Of a DNA stretch of 64,000 bases, positions 54,821 to 64,000 are shown one piece after another. Source of the stretch: the human T2T-CHM13v2.0 reference genome, Homo sapiens; the NCBI RefSeq assembly GCF_009914755.1, contig NC_060936.1. One strand, written 5' to 3'. The translations under genes and the position numbers were made by a program. Within the stretch, counting starts at the first letter, position 1. The number at the start of each line of letters is the position of its first letter. A model generated the notes under the pieces. It did no database searches, had not been told where the DNA came from, and saw only the letters and a program-made list of their open reading frames with translations.

Positions 54821-55213
54821 TCTTGAATAATAAATAACCTCTCATTTTTCCTCCCACCTTCCTCGCAGTAATAGTTCTTGGCACATTGCATTTTATATGA
54901 ACCCCAGACTCATTTTAAACACCATCTGATATAATAACCTATGCAATTTTCTCTTCGAATAGCAATGAAAAAATAATGATTACAATAGTGGATAATGTCA
55001 TTATCCTGTAGCATCCATGCCATGGTGTAGAAGACTGAGTGCAGCCGATAGAAAGGAGTGAGGGTGGGTTTCCCCCCACGCCACTGAGAAGAACTGGTGG
55101 GGGAGGACGTCTGCTTGGCCCTTACGCTGACATTTTGATGGATAAAAGGGCAACGTCTCCCCTTCCCTTGGTACATTCACTGTCGTCTCAGCAAAATTTA
55201 GAGCTATTGTGAC

Positions 55214-55400
55214 CAGGGATTCTCAGTCTCAGCACTATTGATATTTGCGGGGCCGGGGGTGGGGATATTTGTGGTGAGGGAGTTCTGTCGGTTTTGGGAT
55301 GTTTAGTGGTGTCCCTGCATTCTGCCCATTAGGTGCCATTCCCCTGCCCTGAAAACTGACAACCAACAATGTCTCAAGACACTGCCGATGTGCCCTGGGC
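55214..55400 (+). mobile_element. MER20 hAT element
   Basis: tctcagtctcagcactattgatatttg...gacaaccaacaatgtctc...gatgtgccctggg. Confidence 0.85.
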
Positions 55401-55944
55401 TGGAAGCCTTGGTCTAGAATAAGCAGATCAAGATCTGCTGTAACCCCATTAGGAAGGAACACAGTGAACACTTTCGAAACCAATAGTCTTGGCTTCCATG
55501 CCTAGGGCCCTGCAGAAAGGGCTCCTGTTTCCTGCTCACTTTGCCCACAAAGTCACTGAGTCTTTTTCTTTGCAAGGTCTGGGCCCTGCTTATTTTTGAG
55601 CAATGATGTCATTCTCAGGGTGGGGGCTAACTTAGAGTTTAGTAGCTTTACTATTTTCTTTTCTTTACTCATATTGTTTTTAACCCCCTGTGGACCTTAG
55701 AACCTGACATTTATATGGGTCTTGCAAAAGTCATAATGGAGTTTTCATCCCATGTAGGGTCAGGGAAGGGTGCACTGGGGGTTTGGGGTGGCTACAGCAG
55801 AGGAGCACCCTGGGCAGGCAACTCCCAAGAGGAAGAGAAACTGAAGACCATGGATGTCCCCCCACCTGCTGAAGCTTGAGAGTTCTCGCCCACTGAGTGA
55901 CCCAGCCAATATCCACCTGAACACGCACCGGGAGGTGCTAATAT

Positions 55945-56170
55945 GATGCCATAGATTGTGCTTTATACAGATGCACCGTGATCAAGATGGTGCTGTTCCC
56001 ATCGTAGATGGTGTAGCTTTGAGTGTCTAGCAAAGCAGCTTAGTAGCAGGTGGCAAGACAGTGTCCTGTCCTCGTCATATCAGCAGATGATTTGCTTGCT
56101 AACAGATGGGCGTAAAGTATTTTGAGAAAGGGGTGCCTTTGTCTAATTCATAGTTGTAATAGACAGGGTA
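55945..56170. mobile_element. MER91A-like DNA element
   Basis: gatgatttgcttgctaacagatgggcgtaaagtattttgagaaaggggtgcc. Confidence 0.55.
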
Positions 56171-56789
56171 GTAATGGCCACACGGTCACTGAATGTATTG
56201 CTTCCTGAGCTACTCCGGAGCAGTAATTCATTCCATTATATTTCTAAAATGTTGACTGAGCCCCCATGACATGCCTGAGGCATAAAAGGAACAAAGAATA
56301 TGATCCCTGCTGCGTGGGACTTGCATGGTTATAGGAGAGGTAGAAGATCGGCAACCAGGGATACACTGGATTCTGTGTTTGCAGTTGTAATAAGCGTTGT
56401 CAAGGAAGAGTCCAAGTCTACGTGAGAATGCAACAAAGAGGGAGGCTCAACATGGTGTTCCAGAATGAACAGGTCAGGTGAATGGAGTCTGCTGGAGAAA
56501 GCCATGAAATTTAGACTGAGGAGAGTGGACTTTTACCTTATAGTCTAGAGTCTCCAATGTGGAAGACATGTAGCCTTAATGGCATGATGATTTCAGGCTC
56601 TCCATTTAACAGTGGGCATAACACAAAACCAGACAGTAAGAGAGTGACCTGTACTCAGTTCTCTTTAAATCTTTGAGACTAGTTCAAGAAGAAAATATGA
56701 GGTTGGTGTTGCTATACCTTTGTTACCTTTTTACACTTGATAACCTTGCTCTATCCCCTCCCTACAAGGTACGGGTGTTCATTATACAT

Positions 56790-57110
56790 TATTTAACTTT
56801 TTATTTTGAAATAATTATAGATTCAGAGGAAAATACAAAAAAAAATGTATCGTATACCGTTCGTCCAGGCTCCCAGTGGTAACACCTTGTTTAATGTCAG
56901 GAAAAGAAAATTGACATGGTACAATCCACAGAGCCTGGTCAGATTTCACCAGTTTTATAAGTATTAGGTTGGTGCAAAGGTAATTGCAGTTTTTGCCATT
57001 AAAATAATGTCAAAACACGCAATTACCTTTGCACCAACTTAATACTTGTGTGTAATCCTTGTCCTTGTGTGTGTGTGCTTGTGTCTAGTTCTAGGCGATT
57101 TTGTCACATG
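56790..57110 (-). mobile_element. L1MC 3' end hosting MADE1
   Basis: ttttattttgaaataattatagattca; ggtacaatccacagag...cagatttcaccagtttt. Confidence 0.75.
56964..57042. mobile_element. Complete MADE1 MITE (miR-548-type hairpin)
   Basis: ttaggttggtgcaaaggtaattgc ... gcaattacctttgcaccaacttaa with TA on each side. Confidence 0.95.
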
Positions 57111-57374
57111 TTTAACCCCCATCCTTTCATCTACTTCTATGAGAGTCCATCTTTTCTGCCATCATGGACTTCCACTTTCTATCTGATCAATTTTTGATCT
57201 CTGTTAGCAAGCAGGTAAGTACCAGGGAGGCAAAAGTCAGGGTCTGTTCTATATCATCTATGTCAATAAGTGTTTGGGGGATTTTTTGTTTAGGACACCA
57301 ATCAGTTGACCTCCCTGCCTAAGGTTGTATCTGCAGAGATGAGAAGAACACTTGGCTTTGGGCTGACTTGGCTC

Positions 57375-57620
57375 CACTCATTTTTCCCACAAGTATTTAT
57401 TGAGCATCTACTAACTCCGGGCCTTGTGCCCAACACTCTGGATCCCACACTAAGGGAGGTAGGCCAGTCCTCCATGCTCATAGAGTTCACAATGTAGAGT
57501 GAGAGAGAGGCAATTGACCAGAAAATAAGCTAGATCATCTCAGAGACTGAGAAAAGATGTGATGGCAATAGCACAGCATGGGAAGGTAGAGACTCACTTG
57601 AGGTGGAGTCGGCTTCACAG
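57375..57620 (-). mobile_element. L2 3' fragment
   Basis: caagtatttattgagcatctact, tcatagagttcacaatgtag. Confidence 0.75.
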
Positions 57621-58200
57621 CAGGCAGGTGGGGGAGTGAAGGGAGGATCCTGCTGGGGGACATGCGGACAGAGACCTGGATGATGCCTAGCCTCCAGCCA
57701 AGGAGGGAGGAGCGTGGAGGGCTGGGCCACTGACCAAAGCTCCTCATCTGCAGAACCTTCAGGGAAAGTGGAGCCTGGATTCTGTGTCCTGAAGCCACTT
57801 GGACCTTCTCATGGACAGGACTCTTTGCAGATGGTTGATTTCATCTGTGGGCTGGATCCATCATCCCTCCTTTCTCTTTAGATAGCAAGCTTCCAACCTG
57901 TCTTCCTGTGACTTCCTCACCTCTCTGGCATTGGCATCAAAGGCTGTTGCAGGAGTGTGGACCGGCCAGGTGACGCAGGATCAGCTTGGATTTTTCCGTC
58001 TGCTCTGCCATCTGTAACTCAGTAACTCAGCAGCCAGGGCTGTTTTATCCTCCCCTCAAGAGAGGTGACCAGTAAATTTAGAGTTGAGAAATGTGTCAGA
58101 AGTCTTTGAAATTGGTGGAAGGAACCACGAAGTCTATCCTGAGGCAAAACTGACAGTCAGACAAAGACCATGACTTACGTTTTTACAAAAGAACTAAATT

Positions 58201-58616
<416 letters not shown>

Positions 58617-58651
58617 CTATAACTACTAAACAAGAAAAAAACTTCATTTTC

Positions 58652-59610
58652 CAGGCAACCTACAGAATGGGAGAAAATTTTTGCAATCTACCCATCTGAC
58701 AAAGGGCTAATATCCAGAATCTACAAAGAACTTAAACAAATTTACAAGAAAAAATCAACCCCATCAAAAAGTGGGCAAAGGATATGAACAGACACTTCTC
58801 AAAAGAAGACATTTATGCAGCCAACAGACACATGAAAAAATGCTCATCATCACTGGCCATCAGAGAAATGCAAATCAAAACCACAACGAGATACCATCTC
58901 ACGCCAGCTAGAATGGCGATCATTAAAAAGTCAGGAAACAACAGGTGCTGGAGAGGATGTGGAGAAACAGGAACACTTTTACACTGTTGGTGGGAGTGTA
59001 AACTAGTTCAACCATTATGGAAGACAGTGTGGTGATTCCTCAAGGATCTAGAACTAGAAATACCATTTGACTCAGCCATCCCATTACTGGGCATATACCC
59101 AAAGGACTATAAATCCTGCTGCTATAAAGACACATGCACACGTATGTTTACTGCAGCGCTATTTACAATGGCAAACACTTGGAACCAATCCAAATGTCCA
59201 TCAATGATAGACTGGATTAAGAAAATGTGGCACATATACACATGGAATACTATGCAGTCATAAAAAAGGATGAGTTCATGTCCTTTGTAGGGACATGGAT
59301 GAAGTTGGAAACCATCATTCTGAGCAAACTATCTCAAGGACAGAAAACCAAACACCACATGTTCTCACTCATAGGTGGGAATTGAACAATGAGAACACAT
59401 GGACACAGGAAGGGGAACATCACACACCGGAGCCTGTCACGTGGTGAGGGGAGGGAGGTGGGATAGCGTTAGGAGAAATACCTAATGTAAATGATGAGTT
59501 AATGGGTGCAGCAAACCAACATGGCACATGTATACATATGTAACAAATCTGCACGTTGTGCACATGTACCCTAGAACTTAAAGTATAATAAAAATAAATA
59601 AATAAAAATA
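58652..59610 (+). mobile_element. L1PA5/6-like, 5'-truncated (~0.96 kb): ORF2 C-terminus, 3'UTR, poly(A)
   Basis: ORF 58784-59035 is ORF2 C-terminal Cys-rich region ([19 protein letters not shown]); TSD aagaaaaaaacttcattttcc/aagaaaaaagttcatttccc. Confidence 0.96.
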
Positions 59611-59662
59611 AAGAAAAAAGTTCATTTCCCCATAATTCAGATGGTGGGAAGATAAAATTCCT

Positions 59663-59966
<304 letters not shown>

Positions 59967-60209
59967 CTAAAGAAATAAATTAATAATTTAATAAAATTCT
60001 TAGGAAACTTATTGGCATGGTTAGGGTTTTTTGTATTTGTTTGTTTTTAAACAAGGAGCAGTTGTGAGAAGGAACATTTTCATAAGAGCCTGCTGTAGGT
60101 TCAAGTCACTGCAGAACTCTAGATGCTAGATCACTCAGTCAGTAGGCTGACCCATCGAATTACCTGTAAATGGATTCATCCCCACGTTGTCTGTCTGCCT
60201 CTCCTCTGT

Positions 60210-60700
60210 TTATCATCAATCAGATCTTGATCCACTTTCTGTGCCTGGCAGTGTTCTAAGGTCCTGGCCCTCAACTGGGAGCCATCCAGACAAATGCTAT
60301 TTCTTCCCTTGTGGTTCTGTTCCAGAGTATGGACAGTCTATGAGCCTTCAGATGGTGATGAGTACTTTGGAGAAAACAATATAAAACAGGCCACTGGGAA
60401 AGAGACCACTAGGCTGCTGGACAGAGGGCTGCTTTATGCAGGTGGTCATAGAAAGGGAGTTTGAGCAGGCAGCATGGCAGCAAAGACCCAAATGTAGAAT
60501 GCTGGTGTTGCTCAAACCAGTATCAGGAGATGAGAACATTACAGACAGAGGGACTCACATGTGCAAAGGCCCTGAGGTAGCAGTAACCTCAACTGGTATG
60601 GAGAACATGCAGAAAATCAATTGGGCTGAGCCAGAGTGGTAGGAGGACAGAGAGAAGAAGTGTCATGGGGTCTTCCTCACCATGGTGTGGGTCTGGATTT
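60210..60700 (-). mobile_element. L2 fragment
   Basis: tctgtgcctggcagtgttctaagg, catgtgcaaaggccctgaggtag. Confidence 0.7.
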
Positions 60701-60810
60701 ATTCTAACCATCTAACCAACAGAAGCCTCCTAGTACACATATTTTTGGATAATGCAAATTTTTTTCAGCGTTTTCTATAGCATGGTGCTGTCCAGTAGGA
60801 AAGCAACAGT

Positions 60811-62753
60811 GAGAGAGAGAGAGAGAAGAGGGGGAGAGAGAGAACAGAGAGAGATAGAGAAAAAGAGAGAGAGAGGGGAGAAGGAGAGAGAAAGGAGAGG
60901 GAGAGAGACAGAAAGGAGAGGGAGAGAGAGATGAGAGAGGGAGAGGAGAAAGGGAGTGAGAGAGAGGGAGAGGAGTGAGAGAGAGAGAGGAGAGAGAGAG
61001 TAGAGGGGGAGTAAGCAAGAGAGAGAGGAGAGGGAGAGAGAGTGAGAAAGAGGAGAAAGAGAGGGAGAGAGAGAAGAGAGGGAGAGAGGAGAGGGAGAGA
61101 GGAAGAGAGAGAGGAGAAGGAGAGAGGAAGAGAGAGAGAGGAGAGATAGGAAGAGAGAGAGGGAGAGAGAGAGAGAGGGAGAGAGAGAGAGGGAGAGAGA
61201 GAGGAGAGGAAGAGAGAGGGAGAGAGAGGAGAAAGAGAGAGGAAGAGAGGGAGAGAGAGAGAGGAGAGGGAGAGAGGAGAGAGAGAAGAGAGGGAGAGAG
61301 AGAGGCAGAGGGAGAGAGAGAGAGGGAGAGAGAGAGGAGAGGGAGAGAGGAAGAGAGAGAGAAGAGAGAGGGAGAGAGAGAGAGGGAGAGAGAGAGAGGG
61401 AGAGAGAGGAGAGGGAGAGAGAGAGGAGAGGGAGAGAGAGAGGAGAGGGAGAGAGGAAGAGAGAGAGGAGAGAGAGAAGAGAGAGGGAGAGAGAGAGGGA
61501 GAGGAGAGCGAGAGGGAGAGAGAGAGAGAGGGAGAGGGAGAGAGAGGGAGAGAGAGGGAGAGAGAGGGAGAGAGAGAGGAGAGGGAGAGAGGAAGAGAGA
61601 GAGAGAGAAGAGAGAGAGAGGGAGAGAGAGGAGAGAGAGGGAGAGAGAGGGAGAGAGAGAAAGAGAGACAGAGAGAGGGAGAGGGAGAAAGAGGGCGAGA
61701 GAGAGAGAGAGGGAGAGAGAGAGAGAGGAGAGAGAGAGAAGAGGGGGGAGAGAGGGAGGGGGGGAGAGATAGGGAGGGAGAGAGAGAGGAGAGGGAGAGA
61801 GGAGAGAGAGAGAGGGAGAGAGAGAGAGGGAGAGAGAGAGAGAAGGGGGGAGAGAGGGAGGGGGGAGAGATAGGGAGGGAGAGAGAGAGGAGAGGGAGAG
61901 AGGGAGAGAGAGAGAGAGGGAGAGAGAGAGGGAGAGAGAGGGAGAGAGAGAGAGGGAAAGAGAGAGAAAAGGAGAGGGGGGGAGAGAGGAGAGAGAGAGA
62001 GGGAGAGAGAGAGGAGGAGAGAGAGAGAGACAGGGAGAGAGAGGGAGAGGGAGAGAGAGAGAGGGAGAGAGAGAGGGAGAGAGAGAGGGAGAGAGAGGGA
62101 GAGGGAGAGAGAGAGAGGGAGAAAGAGAGGGAGAGAGAGAGGGAGAGAGAGAGGGAAAGAGAGAGAAAGGAGAGAGAGAGAGAGGGAGGGAGAGAGAGGT
62201 AGAGAGAGAGAGGGAGAGAGAGAGAGGGAGAGAGAGAGAGGGAGAGAGATGGAGAGGGAGAGAGAGGGAGACAGAGAGGGAGAGAGAGAGGGGGAGAGAG
62301 ATGGAGAGGGAGAGAGAGGGAGACAGAGAGGGAGAGAGAGAGAGGAGAGGGAGAGAGGGAGAGAGAGAGAGGGAGAGAGGGAGAGAGAGAGAGGGAGAGA
62401 GAGAGAGAGGGAGAGAGAGGGAGAGAGAGGGTGAGAGAGAGGGAGAGAGAGAGAGGGAGAGAGAGAGGGAGAGAGAGAGAGAGGGAGAGGGAGAGAGAGG
62501 GAGAGAGAGAGAGGGAGAGAAAGAGAGGGAGGGAGAGATAGGGAGGGAGAGAGAGAGGGAGAGGGAGAGAGAGAGGGAGAGGGAGAGAAAAGGAGAGAGA
62601 GAGAGGGAGAGAGAGAGGAGAGAGAGAGAGGAGAGAGAGAGAGGGAGATAGAGAGCAGGAGAGAGAGAGAGGGAGGGGGGAGAGATAGAGAGGGAGGGAG
62701 AGAAGGGGAGAGAGAGAGAGGGAAAGAGAGAGAAGAGAGAGAGAGGGAGGGAG

Positions 62754-62829
<76 letters not shown>

Positions 62830-62856
62830 AGAGAGAGACAGAGAGAGAGAGAGAGA
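60811..62856. repeat. ~2.05 kb polypurine (GA/GAGG) tract
   Basis: About 30 pyrimidines on + strand by manual count; pure (GA)n at ~62759-62825. Confidence 0.98.
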
Positions 62857-63554
62857 CATGCCCAAGACTGCAACACTATGTCCATACAAATTAGCACACA
62901 TAGAAACATGTTTTAATACCCACAATATAAATCTTTTTTATTCCCATGAACTCAGTTCTGAGTAGTCTCCAAACATTGGCAGCTCAGTATTTCCTGGGTT
63001 CCACAAAGCCTAGGCTGGTCACCAATGTGGTCATGCATTTAGGGGCAAGGCATGGCCACTGCCATCTTAGCTTTGACACTCACCTCCTTCAGCACAGGGG
63101 TGAGGGGCTCCAGCTCCCTTATGTCTGGTAAGAAACCCCAAGCCCCCTCCAGGCACCCTAGCAGCAGACTTGAGAGGAAGTGGATATTCCCTTCTAGGTG
63201 GGGTATTGGACAAGCGTGGGTGTCTGTCCAGGAGCAGCATTGAAAAGGCAGGAGCTAGTGGCAAGGTGAGGAGGGTCTTTGGAATCTCAGGATGGTCCCG
63301 TTGTGACCCTATTACAGGTCAAATCCCCTGAGCACTTGTTCCCCAACAAGGCTGTCCTTTCTCTCCAGGAAAGGACACGTGGTTGTTCATGGCTTACACA
63401 CTGAGACAGTGTGCAGGCACCACCTCCACAGCCGGGCAGTGTGCTTAAACCAGGGCTACTACATAGAGGAGAGGCTCTGAGCCTCCAGAGCAATTTGTAA
63501 AACCTGCAGGAAGAGGAGTTATGGTAAGATTATTATTATTAACAACAACAACGA

Positions 63555-63870
63555 TTGGAATTTATTGAGCACTTACTGTATGCCAGGCTCTGTGCCAAGC
63601 GATTGATTCCTTCCTTCTTTCCATCCTCCCTTCCTTTATTTTCTTCCTTTGGCTCTTCCTTTATTCATTATTCAATCAACAACCTTCATCTTTGGATCTA
63701 TACATTCAAAAAGGCTTTGCTATGACCACTCTGGGTTGGGCACTGTTCTCAGACTGGGGACACCGTGGCAAACATGAGGGAGACAGTCCCTGCCCTCAAG
63801 GAGCTGATGTTTGGATTGGGAAACAGACACAGACACGAGAAGTTGCGATGATGACACATATGATGGAGAG
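63555..63870 (-). mobile_element. MIR/L2 3' fragments
   Basis: tttattgagcacttactgtatgccaggc; cagtccctgccctcaaggagct. Confidence 0.7.
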
Positions 63871-64000
63871 AACACCACCAGGTAAAGGGATAGAGAGGCA
63901 GGGGTGGGTGGGGGCCATTTTAGAAGGGGCCATTTTAGTGGGGAACATTTTAGTGGGGATGACTACTCCAGGACACCCCACCTAGGAGGAGATATCTGAA

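Noticed and set aside
58784-59035. Functional L1 ORF2 CDS
   Set aside because: Element is 5'-truncated to <1 kb and the frame ends at a premature stop
60765-62925. ~715 aa Ser/Leu/Pro and Arg/Glu/Gly ORFs
   Set aside because: Pure TC or GA sequence cannot form stop codons; compositional artefact

Overview
Primate (human or ape) genomic DNA, judged from AluY/S/J, L1PA, THE1/MST and MADE1 elements; it is most likely intergenic or deep intronic. I recognise no protein-coding exon, RNA gene or CpG island. Every long ORF in the track is an artefact of low-complexity repeats or an Alu/L1 remnant. The window is dominated by nested interspersed repeats, many with readable target-site duplications (TSDs), plus a ~1.7 kb layered 33/35-bp AT-rich minisatellite (37.1-38.8 kb) and a ~2.05 kb almost pure-purine GA tract (60.8-62.9 kb). 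I found no evidence for a new gene system. The best non-obvious observations are: (1) an AluY with an extra AATAAA-containing segment and second poly(A) inside its apparent TSD, a candidate 3' transduction; (2) a mosaic of local direct and inverted copies of MST/L1MA junctions at 22.8-25.4 kb; (3) several fold-back/template-switch scars; (4) a complete MADE1 hairpin with a compensated arm substitution (miR-548-like); (5) a twin-primed L1 carrying a nested MER1A; (6) a tail-to-tail Alu pair only ~35 bp apart. Subfamily names are recalled from consensus sequences, not computed, and boundaries of old repeats are approximate.
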